Below are positions 27,340 to 41,778 of a stretch of 64,000 bases of DNA, piece by piece. The stretch's first letter is position 1, and each line of letters begins with the position of its first letter. Source of the DNA: Octopus bimaculoides (Eukaryota); assembly GCF_001194135.2 (NCBI RefSeq), contig NC_068984.1, positions 98,821,258 to 98,885,257 of the forward strand. The letters run 5' to 3'. The position numbers and the translations under genes are program-made. The notes beneath the pieces are model-generated. The model saw nothing but the letters and a program-made list of their open reading frames with translations, was not told where the DNA came from and made no database searches.

Positions 27340-28250
27340 GTAAAGAATAAAATGTTTTGAATGGTACAACAATGCACTGTAATATAAAAAATGGACTATA
27401 TATTTGTTGTAATTTAGTTATCTATAGTCCGATGACATTTCGGAATACAATTCTTTCTTCAGATCTTCTTAGATGGAGTCTCTGCTATAAACTGCTTACT
27501 AACGGCTTTTCTTTGCTTTTTTTCCCCCGGAAGTGACATTGTAGTGGTCTCACGAAGCTTCTTCCGGAATTCCCCATGAGAAGTGTGTGAGGTCGGCTAT
27601 GCTTCAATCTCGTGTGTGTTGGTACATCTGTAGCGCTGCTTCTAAGTTATGTGTTATACGTGCAGCTTCTCTTTTTTTTTTTTGTTATAAACAATACATG
27701 AGCATGTTATTAAGAATGAACCTACACACGTCCAGATGTAGCTAAATAATATATTGATTACCAATCTCCAGCCTGTTGTTAATTTGGGATCCTAGTCTGT
27801 GTATGAGTAAAGCTTCCTTAATTCTTAAATTACCCAAATTTCTTTCATTCGCCTCAATTGTGACTGTTATGCTCTTGTCCGTGTTCCGGCATCTGTCTAG
27901 ATGTTTTCTGAAGGAGGAGGCTCTCGTGTTCAGATGTTCTTTGATGTGGATGTGTAACGGTCTTGTTCTACCCACATAAAACTTGTTGCATTTGTTACGT
28001 TGTATTCTATACACAAAATTTACCCGTTGGCATAAATCTGTGTCACGGATGGGACAATTTATTAATATGCATTGATTGTTGTCCCTTATTCCTTTCCTTG
28101 AGAGGTGTTCTCTCAGAGAGGGGCCGGAGTGGGCTAGTTGTATGTCTAGCCCTTCTCTTCTTATGGCTGTTCGGATGGCTGTAGTTATCCTCTCGCTAAA
28201 ATGTTATTATACTTCCAATTGGAAGGCTAGAACATCGGTGGAAGCTTGAC
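27340..28250 (-). mobile_element. Penelope-like element 3' part (GIY-YIG endonuclease plus pseudo-LTR)
   Basis: ORF 27742-28014 YRIQRNKCNKFYVGRTRPLHIHIKEHL...ERNLGNLRIKEALLIHRLGSQINNR is GIY-YIG-like. The same family occurs at 43130-44060. Confidence 0.85.
27431..27465 (-). ncRNA. Minimal type I hammerhead ribozyme in Penelope pLTR (slightly decayed)
   Basis: gat-CTGAAGA-aagaat-tgt-attcc-GAAA-tg-TC-atc. Core intact, with one stem II mismatch. Confidence 0.55.
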
Positions 28251-28399
28251 AGGTATATCAAAACTACTGTTTTCATTGATATTATTGTTTAAAAGGGAAC
28301 ATAAGACAATAATCCTTTCCCCCAGAAAAAAAAAACTAAATAATACTTGGGCACAAGGTCCAAATATAAGTATTTGCAAATGTTATTTGTGAAATATTT

Positions 28400-31300
28400 A
28401 CACATTCGCAAGCGAAAAATGGCGTGGAGGGACGTTACTTTCTAATGCAAGACAAACCAGTTTGTGACAGCAGGAAATGCCATGAAAATGTAAATTTCAC
28501 TGACACAAGTAACAATTACGGGGATAAAACTGATAATGAATCTAAACGAACCACAGGCTCTATGGATAGCAATAAAATTAACCACAAAGACCAAAGAAGT
28601 ATTACGACAGAGAAAAATGACACAATGGAGTACACACACTCATTCGATAGTCGTATAGACAACACAAATGTAACTACCAACTCCCCAAACGGAAATAATG
28701 TGGAAAATACCATGATAACTGATATCTACACAGAAAATAGCAACTCCAACAACACGGAGCAGAGAAGCTTAACAGAAAACAATAACCGAATGAATAACAA
28801 CAAAAACAACGATAATACAACCAATAACAACGTCAACTCTAGCAACAGAGGGGAGGGGTGTATTTGGGAGTAACAACAATAGCAGTAGCAACATGAACGA
28901 TTCCATCACCACCCTCAACAGCGATAGCAGAACAAGTACTTCAGCAGCAGCAACTGCGAAATGCCAACAAAAGTACTATGAGATGTTAGCCCTGGCCCAC
29001 AAACTCATAAAAAGAGATAAAAACCTGGGTGAACCTTGCAATCTCAACTGAAGTGGAGGCAGAAATTGAGAAGAGGACAGTAAAGTATAGGTGCATCATG
29101 GTGCTGTCTTGGAGAGCAGAACTATTCCACCTTCAGGAGGAGACGGCACTGAGATCAGTCTGAGAGGATGTCGAATTCAGCCAAAGAGCCCCAAGTTTTG
29201 GTACCATTTCAGTCCTTAAAACTGACCAGCTTATAATGTACCCATCTTACATAGGAAGAGAACAATAAAAGTTTGAATCCCTGGAATAACACCAAGTATC
29301 AACAAACAAAACAAACATGCAGAAAAAGATAAACATACAAACACGAATTCACTTCCACACAGAGAGGAGGAGGTTGCAACAGACATTGGTTCTAACACAT
29401 TGAAAAGTGATGATGAGGAGGAACAGTGTAAATAAAAAAAAAACGAAAAGAAATCACAAGGGCAAGACATCTTGCCCTGCACCAAAACAAGATAACAAAG
29501 AAACTACACACACACTCACAACAAACGCAGGCACTCAGACAATCAATAACTAAAGCACCACAAGCACCAAAAACCACTGCAGACAGAAAAAAATCCCAAA
29601 AGTAAACTCACACCACAAACGCAACAAGAACAGCAAAACACAACGACATAAGCAGCTAACTTTGCGTTAGTAAGAAGAGCCGACAAAAAACTGATGGTCC
29701 TCTTATCATGAAGGGAAGACACTGAAACAGGTGTGGTGGGGTGGGAAATCTTCTTTGATTAGCACGTGCAGCAGGCTAAAGGACTTAATGATGGTGAGGA
29801 TGGATTTGAACACTCTCCAAACAATTAAGGATGCCTTTCCAGACGATGTGGGGTTCCCTCGAGTAAATACCAATGCAAAGTTTCTGCAAGTGTTCCCAAA
29901 GGAGCCCAACGAAGAAATGGAGGCGGGACCACCCAATTTCCAATAGCACCAGGAGGGTAAGTAACACTCCTTGTCTTTCTTTCCTTCTTTTTAGGCCAAT
30001 ATGGCAGTACTAAGATTTGGTTGCATAAATGTAAGTGGCCCGGGGTCATCCTTGAAGCAAGGTCACTCGCTCAATGACTTTAAGTGGCTGAATATGGATA
30101 TAATAGCCATCAGTGAGAACATGATTCCGGACACGTGCACCTTAGCACCCATTTTTGACGATTTTTGGATCTTTGCATCTCTTGGCCGACCAGGAATGGG
30201 GTGGGGTGGCAGTATTGCTCAGAAAAGGCCTAGATCTCGAGACACAGTTGGTCTTCCTGGACCTGGAAGGTATGTCAGTGGTCCTGGACATGAATGATAA
30301 TGAAGGCAGTGTTTTTAGACTGGTCACTGTGTATGCTCCTCCTGGATTGGGGCAGTTAGTTTTTTCAGATGTTTGGAGGTTTTTCTAGGGATGTCTCACT
30401 GTGATAGTGTCAGACACCTTGGAAATCGAGATGGTTGGCACTACCCTAAGGGAATATGGAGCAGTGATTAACCAGAAGTCAGTGGGCTTGCAGCTCATCA
30501 CCTGGAGAGGCTGATCCTTGCCGACCAACAGCATTGTGGAGTGCTGGACAGAAGGACCAGTTAAGTTGCTTGAAGCCTGGTTTGGTCCAGACCTCCAAGT
30601 AGACAAGAACTGGGGTGAGGTGACAGACAAGGTAGCCAGTCTCATCCAGAAATGGGCCAAGAGGAAGCTGCCCCTGAAAGGTCTGGCAGAGGTGGCAAAT
30701 GCGTACATCACATCCATCATGTACTACCGCCTGACTCATCCTTGCCCTGCTTCATGACTGAATGGGCTGGCGCGCTTGCTCTTCTGCTTCTTATGAAAAG
30801 GATAGGTACCATTTGTCAGATGGTCCATTTGCTGTCAGCACCCATTGTGTAGAGAACTGGGCATGCCATGGCTGATGATGTGCAGACATGCACTGAGACT
30901 GCGACATCTCCAGCAATAACTTAATGGTGAGCAGGTGTGATTGCCATTTGTTGGACTTGCCTTTCTGCAACTCGTCTCCTTAATGGGGCAACAGTCCTTG
31001 ATCAAGCATAGACCAAGGAAGGTTGCTTGACATCTAGAGTGTCTTCAAGTACTCACAGCTCTTGGCCAGTCAGGCAATGCAGTCAGTAGAAGTTCTACCT
31101 TGAAGTTTTATTGGGGATTAGCGGAGGGCAAGAGTGACAACATTTTTGGAGAGGTTCGGGCATCGGGAGTGATCAACTGGCTGGTCTCTTCCGGTAGACT
31201 TTTGGGCTGGGGCCTATGGATAACTTCCAGAAATCCCTGGTCTAGCAGAGCTATTGGGGTCTCTTCTGGTTCATGATAAGCCCTATAGGCATAGGTGTGC

Positions 31301-31975
31301 AGTCAGACAGGCTTGTCTGAGATGCACACGGAGTGATGAAACCATTCTGCATGCTCTCGTACAGTGTCCGACTTGTGGAGCTTCGTCAAACGGTTATTGT
31401 CATGTGTAAGACAGATCCAGCTATCGTCCAAGTACATCATGAAGATTGCCCCACCTCCTTCCTTTGACCAGGAAGGACAGGCAGTTTTTGTCTGTCTGGT
31501 GGCTATAGCGAAAGAGGTTGTGTTGTGGACGCGATTGAAAGGGTTGAAGATGGGTACCTTCCTCTTTGGCCAAGGCCTCATTGACTTTTTCAGCTTCCAC
31601 CTGAAAAGGGAAGTGAGGCAGGAGAGGGAGGCGCTGTCACCCAGTAAGTTTGTTGAAAGGTGGGTGAATGTGGCAAGAATGGCTCGTGTGAGACTCTAAG
31701 TATCTGCCTGTAAGCTGGATGGAATGCAGAGGAGAAGGGTGCCTTTGGTGTTAGGGGGTCCAAAGTGTGTGAGGTTTCTTTGGTCACCTCTTGGTGGAAC
31801 TCTCTGCTATTGGGGAAGTACATTGTTGTTTTAATATCCTTGTAATTGTTTTTTGTGTTTTTTTTTTACTGTTTATACATTTACCCCCACTGTCCATCAT
31901 CTGTGTAATGTCCTTTGTTTTGTGTTTGGACCTGGTAGTCTATAAAGAAAGTATTATTATTATTATTATTATTGA
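28400..31975 (+). mobile_element. L1-Tx1 clade LINE: decayed ORF1, ORF2 endonuclease and post-RT region, large internal deletion
   Basis: 30001 MAVLRFGCINVSGP...DIIAISE...GGVAVLLRK...FRLVTVYAP is an APE endonuclease. Later WTEGPVKLLEAWFGPDLQVDKNWGEV...RKLPLKG and HLKREVRQERE...KFVERW. Ends in a (TAT)n tail. Confidence 0.88.
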
Positions 31976-32139
31976 GTGAGAGAATAGAGCATGCCATCAA
32001 AGTGACCTTGGGGTACAAATATACAAAGCACAAAATACCCAACATGACTACTTGTCTGATAAGGGAACACCAAGCACATGCATCACAGCCATATGTGTGC
32101 AACATGATAACCACATATTAAGATTAACACACTCAGAAA

Positions 32140-32320
32140 AATGCTTAGCAGCATTTCAGCCATTTTTACGTCCTGAGTGCAAATTCCACCATGGTCAAAA
32201 TTACCTTTTATCCTTTTAGGGGTTGATAAAATAAGTACCAGTTGAACACTGGGGTTGATATAATCAATTTATGCCCTCCCCAAAATTGCTGGCCTTGTGC
32301 CAAAATTTGAAAGCATTATG
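32140..32320 (+). mobile_element. tRNA-derived SINE with Deu/Nin-like central domain
   Basis: aatgcttagcagcatttc..ctgagtgcaaattcc..ccttttatccttttaggggttgataaaataagtaccag..ggccttgtgccaaaatttgaaa. Same family as 46790-46990 and 60281-61085. Confidence 0.75.
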
Positions 32321-33605
32321 TTACAAATCATTATTATTAAAGAAGTTATTAAAAATGATTATGAAAAATAATGATAATAATTGACGTTAAATGTTGTGGA
32401 CAGGCAAAATCAGTAGAGCTTCATATATAATGCATTATGGTATTTAGTTACATCCCTTTACATTCTGAGTCCATCTGTCCATTAAATATGATTCTCTTAA
32501 TTCCCCTGAGTCAGGCATCATTATTAAATGGATGATTCAATTTGTAGAACATCGGGTTGAATACCTAACATTATTTAGTTTCATATCTTGATGTTTTGAG
32601 TTCAAATCACACTAGTTAAACTATCAGAAAAACAACACGGTTTATATAAGTTGAAAAGAGGGAATGATAAGCAAAAGACTCATGAACCTGTTCCATCAGT
32701 TTAAAAACTGTAATTACTATTATTACTATTAAAGTTAGTGGACCAAACAATCAGTAAACCAGTGAACAAAACTGCTTTGTGGTGTTTAGTTAAATCCCTT
32801 TACATTCTGAGTTCAAATCCTGTAAGTAGTCTTGTTGCATTTTTCTCTTTTTTTCTTTCTTTCATTCATCTTCATGTTTATATCTGCTATCAAATCTTGT
32901 TGCATTTATATGTTTTCTTTGTAACATTCCTACATTTACTCCCAGATATAAGTTTTCAATATCTTTACAAAAGAAATTTCATATCATTCCATTTCTGCCA
33001 TTTTTGAAACAAAAATCAAAGACACATTTCTTACATGCCACAATGATTTTCAATTCAATTCTTTAGTCAATGTAATTCTTCAGTATCATACCTTACCATC
33101 TTTCTGAACAAAAGTATTGCAGCCTCTACCATTATTGCTATGACAATTATGAAGACGCTATTGTCAATTTTGATCATACAAAATTATCTAAGCTTCCTTG
33201 TGAAAGAATTTCCGATCATGCTGTGTGTTAAGTTTTCATGAGACAGGATCTTTATCATCTGTGTTTCTTATGACCAATGGAAGTTTTTGTCATTGATCTT
33301 AAAATGCAGTAACTGGACAGATAAATGAGTATATCAGAATGTGTGTGTGTGTGTGCATGTGTGTGTAAGATGTAAAACATACACACACACTCTCTCACAC
33401 ACATGCACATTGATCTTTCATCTTCCCCTCTCCCTCCCCACACTGGACCACCAAATTATCTCTTCTAATGCACTATGCTTACCTCTGTTTCTCACTTTCC
33501 CCTGCAGCCTACCTTATCACTTGTCATTTCACTCTTGTCTTCCCCATGTCAGCTGCATCATCATTACCATCTTGTTGCTGCTTTTTCTCTCTCTCTATCT
33601 ATCTA

Positions 33606-33671
<66 letters not shown>

Positions 33672-34396
33672 CGTCCGATCATCCATCCATCCATCTCTCT
33701 CTCTCTCTCTCACTCCTTCATACTCTCTTCTTTTAAACCTCTATCTATTGTCTTCTACATCTACTCCTACCCAATCTTTACAGATGTTGCCTACTTCTCC
33801 CCAATTTCTCTTATCTCTAGCCCATCTCCCATACAATCTTGCAAAATCCCCACCAACTCACACTCCTAGTTTTTCTGTCCCCACTCACTTCAACTCAACT
33901 CATACCTTGAAGTCCCACCTGGACACCTCATCACCCATATTTTTTCCTTTGCAGTTCTTCAATGTGAGTTGCCATGAAAAGAAAAATAGGAGTAATGAGG
34001 TGTCCAGGTAGCAATGGGAGCTCCTCTACAATAAACATATGCTTCCACCCACCTGCTTCTCACACATCTTAATTCTCATCTACTAGCATATAGCTTCCCA
34101 TCCTTGGGTTTCATAGTCATGTGGGCTACTTGATGACTTCCCTAGCATTGGTGACCCAACAAAAGCACCCCTTGTAAGTAGTGGCTGTTGGGAAGGACAT
34201 ACAGGCATAGAAATCATATCAAAGCAGACATTAGAGCACAATGCAGCACTTGGACACAAATATTTAAAAAATAATGCTGGTGGCCTAAGCAAAGCACCTA
34301 GTACACTCTGTAAAGAGCATGCAGGCATAGTGACTATATATATACTAATAATAATAATAAAAAATGGAGATAATTGTTCCAATTATTATTGATTAC

Positions 34397-34434
<38 letters not shown>

Positions 34435-35012
34435 CACATCATCATCATGAGTTTAACGTCCACTTTTCTATGCTCACATGGGTCAGACAGAGTTTTATTA
34501 AAGTTAGTATTTTACGTCTGGATGCCCTTCCTGTTGCCAACCCTCACTTGTCTCCAGGCAAGGTAGTATTTTCCATGGACAATTAGAGATGATGGATAAC
34601 ACTTGAATGGTGGTGCTACACACTGGAACTGAACCCAAAGTCATGTGACTGGAAGCATACAACTTACCACACAGCATGGTTTCTATGTCTGGATGCCCCT
34701 TCCTAATGTCAACCTCTGCACATAATGTACTAGATGCTTTTTATGTGGCACTAGTTCCAGTATCAATTCTGCTATGGCAGATAGGTCTTCTTGAGTACAT
34801 CAATGCACTAGATATCTCAGTCCTTAGTCATCCCCTTTGTAGGTTTGAGAACACTAAAGGTCTTTAGTCTTGCTTCCAGCCATATAGACTGTCACAAAAC
34901 AGAGACAATAGGGCATGATACTGACTTGCTAGATCTTGTCAAACCATCCAACACATACTAGCATGGAAAGTAGATGTAAAATAATGATAATGATATGCAT
35001 ACATACATAACA

Positions 35013-35058
<46 letters not shown>

Positions 35059-35332
35059 AGTAAAAATAAATACAAAAAAAGGTGGATTTTTTTGTATGAT
35101 TGTGTATAGAGGAATATATTATTTTGCTTAAAAGAGTTCCAACACTGTCTGTTTTTTATGTTTTATTTATATTCCTGCAGAACTAATGTGGGGTATAGAA
35201 TATGGAATATACAATATATAATATAATATACAATATATAATATAAAATAAAATAAAAATGGATGGCACCATGAATTAAAGTATTGAATGTAGATGAAATA
35301 TTGAGTGTTCAATATAAAGGATCAAATATATA

Positions 35333-35363
<31 letters not shown>

Positions 35364-35414
35364 GTATATGTATGTATACATTTATGTGTGTGTGTATATA
35401 TATATATATTAATC

Positions 35415-37470
35415 ATTTTTATTTCAAGATTTCTTGCCAATAGAGAAAGAATTAGTTTCTAACCTAGATCCAAAGCTCCTTCATTGGAATTTCAATATCA
35501 ACAGGGTATTTTTGTATGTATATGTACAGATTTGTATGTTTTCTCTTGCATGTCTAAACATGCTCATATATATTTAAATGCTAAACTTCTGGAAAGTTTA
35601 ACAGATTTTTACATTTCCAGTGATGGACTGGATTTGGAGTCATTGAATTAGCTTTCTCCTTTCTGGTTTTGAGAAGCCTAATTTCTCAAGGTTGGTATTA
35701 TCCCAGGGCCCCAATAATTACAGGTATAAACGTAAACTTGTAATCTGGATAGAGTAACCATAGATTTATCAATAGTTCAGCATATGTATTTTCTTTTTCT
35801 CCTGATCTTCAACTCTATGTTAACATGCACTGGGGAGCTGATTTCTACAACTGTACAGAGTTTCTCTTCTCTATCCCAAATTACTATGTCAGGTTTATTA
35901 TGCTTACAATTTATTGAGGCTTTCACTGGGATATTCCACAAGTACTCCTTTTTTATTATGAGTGGATATGACTTCTACCATACTGTAAGTTCTTATTTCT
36001 TTGTCCTCAGGGTTATCCTTCTGATGGATCACATTATACAATGTCCTAGCTACAATATCATATCTCATCGGTACATAATACTGTGATGGCATTTTCGGAC
36101 AAATGTATGTATGTGTGTGTGCATGCAGATTTATATGTTTTATGTATGTATTCTCATGCATATAGTTACATATCTAGACATGCTCATATATATTTAAATA
36201 ATAAACTTCTGGAAAGTGTTACAGATTTTTACTGTTCTAGTGATGGATTGGATCTGTATTCTTCAAATTAGCTTTCTCCTTTCTGGTTTTGAGAAGCTTA
36301 ATTTCTCAAGATTGGTATTTAGGCAGTGTGTTACATATTCCAGGGCCCCAGTAATTACAGGTATAAACCTGAACTTGTAATCTGGATAGAGTAACTGCAG
36401 ATTTCTCAATAGCTTAGCATAGGTGTCCTCTTTTTCACTGATCTTCAGCTTTATGTTAACATCTGCTGGGCAGCTAATTTCCACAACTGTGCACAGTTTC
36501 TCTTCTCTATCCCAAATCATTATATCAGATCTGCTGTGCTGACATTTTATTGAGGTCTTCACTGGTATATTCCACCACTATTCCTTTTCATTATGAATGG
36601 CTATGGTTTCTTCCATATTATGGGTTTTTATTTCTTTGTCCTCAGGATTAACCTTCCAACGGATTTCATTATAGAGTGTCCTAGCTACGTCATCTCTTGT
36701 CAGTAGATAATACCATTATGACATTTTCGGACAACTGCTTATGATGTGGGTGATATCTTCAGTGTGAACTCCACAAAGTCTGCATCGGTTGTCACATTTT
36801 ATGGCTTTTCCCGCATCTCTATCCCTTTTGTGCATCAGGTACTTGGTTGATATTTCCTGCTCCTGGATTGCAAATGCATACCCTTCAAAGTTGGGGGTAG
36901 TAATCTGGGTAATCGTCCTTGATAAACTGCTTTGATGATCGATGTTACTATCATCATGGAGATTTCTACAAACATATCCATGCATAGTCTTCTGCTCATA
37001 TAGGCTCATCCTTTCATCTGATGATACGTTGCGGTAGAGTCGTGCAACTTCTTTGGGCATGTATTTTAGGTTATCAGACACAGAGTGTTGCTCAAAGAGC
37101 TGCCTTCCAAGTCTTATGATGTTATCAGCCTCATATATGCAAACTTGGTCAAGGGATGCTTTATGGTTAAAAGATGTTGCTGAAGAGATATGATGTAACA
37201 TTTAAAGGCATTTTGGATCGATGTTAAGCCTTTGCCGCTTTGTTTACATTTTAGGTAGGGGCAGTCTATGTCACTGTTTATGTGGAAATTATATGTGCTT
37301 GTTAGTATTTTTCGGGTTTTCACATCAATGGCTCAGATTTCATCAAGCGTCCAATCAAGCAGCTCAAATATTGGTATGAATACTGACACTGCAAACACAT
37401 AGTGGGCCATTGTTTTATTGAATGCAGAGAGTTCTGAGGTCCAAGTTTTGGCGAAGTAAGTGGTAATCAG
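35415..37470 (-). mobile_element. Two head-to-tail 3' fragments of an RLE-type (Dong/R4-like) LINE
   Basis: CCHC knuckle CRLCGVHTEDITHIISSCPK and restriction-like endonuclease SDIMIWDREEKLCTVVEISCPADVNIKLKISEKE...PVITGAL. The RLE and 3' UTR are repeated at about 35415-36085 and 36090-36720. Confidence 0.88.
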
Positions 37471-38150
37471 AAGAGAGAAAGAGAGAGACAGACAGACAGA
37501 GTGAGGCTGAAAGAGAGAAAGACAGAGTGAGGCAGAGAGAGAGAGGGGGTGCCAAAGTTAGGGTGGTCAGAACATGGAGAAAAATAATTAACAGACTACT
37601 TCTACTTCTCTCAATATCTTCATCACGCAACCTCTCCAGCTTCCTGAACTAATCTCATCTCTTCTTACCCTTCCTTGCTTCAACACTCCCCACACGTCCC
37701 TCGAGCTACCTACTTCCTTCCTCTTCACCCATTGTACCTTTAAATTTCCCTGCATAGTGATTTGAAATGTTAGATTTTTATCTCTCTACCTGAAGATGGA
37801 GGCCAGATGTACCCACTGTTTATTTGATTCTATTACTGGTTGCATATTTTTGTGGACTACATCTGAACATTACGAAGTAACTCTGAGCCCCCAGGAACAG
37901 CTGTTAAACTTGTAACACCATACCTTCTCTCCTTTAATTTTCTGTGTCTTTGTACTCTGTGTAAGATTGCTCTGTTAATATATGAATATCTATATATTTA
38001 TACTTTAATATTCGTCTGAAAATTTTCAGTCTTTGCTTTCTCTCTTTTTACATGTATACATATATTTTGTATATCTAACCCAAGCAGTTTTATTCATCTG
38101 TCTGCATCATTATCTTTCTGTATATATGCATGTGCGCACGCGCACGCGCA

Positions 38151-38257
<107 letters not shown>

Positions 38258-38882
38258 ATACTCACAAGAACACATAGAAATTATTTGAGACTGGATTTGG
38301 CTAAATGTCTTTGAGATCAGCAGTTAAATGGCATTTAATGCCCCTGAGAGATTAAATCATTCCACAAAAATAATAACTAGCTTTGAAATCTTGAAGACGA
38401 GGATGAGAACTTAGACTAAATTTTCTCTCTTCAGTTGTAAAATTCAGTTGACATGGAATTATATATTTGAATATTCCAATACCAACATTTTGTATGACTT
38501 AGGAACATATATTGGTGAAATATTGATAATTCTTGAAATAGGTTTATGTCAGATAAACCTTTATATACTCATAAGCTTCCTCTTACACTTGGGACAAGAA
38601 CAGGACATATTCCAATAATGAATTTATATATCATGTATATATATATGTGTGCATGTTTGATATAAACTCAAGTTTATATTATATCACACACACACACACA
38701 CACACACACATTATAAATACACATATGTGCATACTCACTGAGAGTAATATATAAATAGGTCCCACAAGAGAAGATGTATACATTTATTCATAGATGGATG
38801 GAGACGTGTATATGCATATGTATGCATATCCATCCATCATCTATCTATAAATGCATATATACTCAAATACGTACAGACACAT

Positions 38883-38923
<41 letters not shown>

Positions 38924-40052
38924 CACATTATTCCTATGAATGTATATAATCATCTATGTGAACATATACACAATGTTATGCATGTATACATAGGCACAGG
39001 CATGACTGTTTGGTAAGAAGCTTGCTTCCCAGCCACATGGTTCTGGGTTCAGTCCCACAATGTGAGACCTTGTGTAAGTGTCTTTTACTATAGCCTTGGG
39101 CTAACCAAGAAACTGAAAGAAGCCCATCATGTGTGTGTGTGTGTGCCAATGTTTGCTCTCCAGCAGTACTTGACAACCAGTGTTGGTTTTATTTACATTC
39201 ACATAACTTAGTGGTTTGGCAAAAGAAACTGATGGAATAAGTAACAGGCTTAAAAAAGAAGGTACTGGTGTCAATTCAGTCTAATGTTTGAAACAAGTAA
39301 AGGATAAAAAATATACTGTGAGCATGCATGCTTATCTTTCTTCTAACCCATCCCCACACTCCAACAACCACATGACATCTCTTGTCCATCTCTTGTCTAC
39401 TGTATCATCATTCTTGTTCTGCTGCTCTGCATTGTCAGTCATCTCTTACCTCCCTTAACTCATATATCATTTGGTCATCCACCATCACATCTGCCCTTCA
39501 ACCTGATCCAGTCTTTTTAGTGTTAGCCCACGTCCCCTCCCCTCATCCATTTCTCATCTCTTACCTCAAACTCACTTGCAACTACCACCCTGCTACACTC
39601 CTAGCTCCTCTATCTCACTCAAGTTCACTCATCTTAAGGGTTCACTCTGCTACACCATTACTGCTATTTTTATCTCTATCCAGCTCTATCTGATCACTCC
39701 CAATCCTTCTACTAAAACGTGAGTTGTCATGTAGTTTCTCAACAGTGAGAATACTGTTCTACACAGGCCCCTTCTCTTATAATTTTACCCGTTGTCTCCT
39801 AACTCAAAGCTAACCCCTTGATATTCATAATCCTACAAGCTGCATGATGACCTCACTTGTGCTAGTGACATAAAAAATAGCACACAGTATATACTGTAAA
39901 GTGGTGGGTATTCGGAAAGATATCTAGTCATAGAAATCATGTCAAAGTACACACTATAGCATGATGCATTCTTTGGATACACTGGATCCTGTCAAACCCA
40001 CTAACACATGCCAGTATGGAACATGAGCACTAAATGATGATGATGATGATGA

Positions 40053-40090
<38 letters not shown>

Positions 40091-40942
40091 NNNNNNNNNN
40101 NNNNNNNNNNNNNNNNNNNNNNNNNNNNNNNNNNNNNNNNNNNNNNNNNNNNNNNNNNNNNNNNNNNNNNNNNNNNNNNNNNNNNNNNNNTCCTAACGCC
40201 AACCGCTCTGAGAGTGTAGTGGGTGCTTTTATGTGCCACCAGCACAGGGGCCAGTCAGGCATCACTGGCAACGGTCATGCTCAAATGGAGTTTTTTACAT
40301 GCCACCTGTACAGGAGCCAGTCCAGCGGCACTGGCAATGACCTCACTCGAATATTTTTTCACGTGCCAGTAAGGCAATGCTGGTAATGATCACATTTGGA
40401 TGGTGCTCTTAGCGCTCCACTAGCATGATGCCAGTCATTGAATTTGATTTCGATTTCACTTGCCTGAACAGGTCTTTGCAAGCAGAAGGTCTTTATATAT
40501 ATATATATATATATAATAATATTAGGGACAAAATCCAAAATTACAGGCAAAAAACTCAATTAAAATCAATTTATAAAAAATTAAAATTAAATTGAGCCTT
40601 ATAATTTTTCTATATGTGATAGTGGATTTTCATCGATGAGTTCTTGATAATTGGTTATTTTCCCTAAAACTNNNNNNNNNNNNNNNNNNNNNNNNNNNNN
40701 NNNNNNNNNNNNNNNNNNNNNNNNNNNNNNNNNNNNNNNNNNNNNNNNNNNNNNNNNNNNNNNNNNNNNNNNNNNNNNNNNNNNNNNNNNNNNNNNNNNN
40801 NNNNNNNNNNNNNNNNNNNNNNNNNNNNNNNNNNNNNNNNNNNNNNNNNNNNNNNNNNNNNNNNNNNNNNNNNNNNNNNNNNNNNNNNNNNNNNNNNNNN
40901 NNNNNNNNNNNNNNNNNATATATATATATATATATATATATA

Positions 40943-41644
40943 GTAGGTTGAGTCAAAAGTTTCTATTGTATTTCAAGCTTTTATTAATAGTTCAAGCAAA
41001 TTACATAAAGGAAGCATTTATTCATCAAAATATATCCCATCATATTCAATTATGTGTTGTAATCATTGTGCCAAAAGCTCAATTCGCTATTTAAACTGTT
41101 TGACTGGATTAGAGACAAAAAAACTCCCTGCACCTGTTCTCGACCTCATCCAAATTGTTGAACCTCTATCCAAGGAGGATATGAGCCATGCCTCAGAGAA
41201 AGTGGTAATCTGATGGTGCTAGGTCTGAACTGTAGGTATGGTGAGGCAAAACTTCCAACCCCTCAAGTTCCTACTTGGTCAAAAGTGCTTGTGCTTGGCT
41301 TTTGTTCACTTCTTTCAAGCAAGGCCTTATCTTTCACAGCAGAAGATCTCCTTGACCTTGGTTTATCTTCGAGACTGGTATCACTTTCCTTGAAACATCT
41401 GAACCAGTTTTGTGTCATGCATTTGTTGACAGTTCCTGGGGCTTCAACGTTATTAATTTCTTTTGCTGATGCCCTTGCATCCAGTCATCTTTTCCACAGG
41501 TAGTATGAAATGATTCGAATTGCAATTTTTTCACCACTCATTATCAACAATAATTGAACAAGATGTATCAAATTAATGATATAACAAGGAGATACAAGTT
41601 GCCAAAAGCTATCAGTGAAAATCCGAACTTTTGACTCAACCTGG
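40943..41644 (-). mobile_element. Internally deleted mariner element
   Basis: TIRs aggttgagtcaaaagtt / aacttttgactcaacct with TA on both sides. Minus strand shows LEVLPHHTYSSDLAPSDYHFL (the mariner YSPDLAPSD motif). Confidence 0.88.
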
Positions 41645-41662
41645 TATATATTTAAATATCCA

Positions 41663-41694
<32 letters not shown>

Positions 41695-41735
41695 CCTCCC
41701 TCCTCTCTCTCTCCCTCCTCTCTCTNNNNNNNNNN

Positions 41736-41778
<43 letters not shown>

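Noticed and set aside
28424-28873. 149-aa Asn/Thr-rich ORF as a host gene
   Set aside because: Low complexity and located at the 5' end of the Tx1 element. Best read as decayed ORF1 or 5' region.
32990-33290. Possible gypsy RNase H remnant on the minus strand
   Set aside because: Only faint motif traces with many stops. Not supportable by eye.
37790-37910. CTGAAGA...GGAACAGCTGTT: hammerhead with a long stem II insert
   Set aside because: GAAA is mutated and stem I cannot be paired. At most a dead pLTR remnant.
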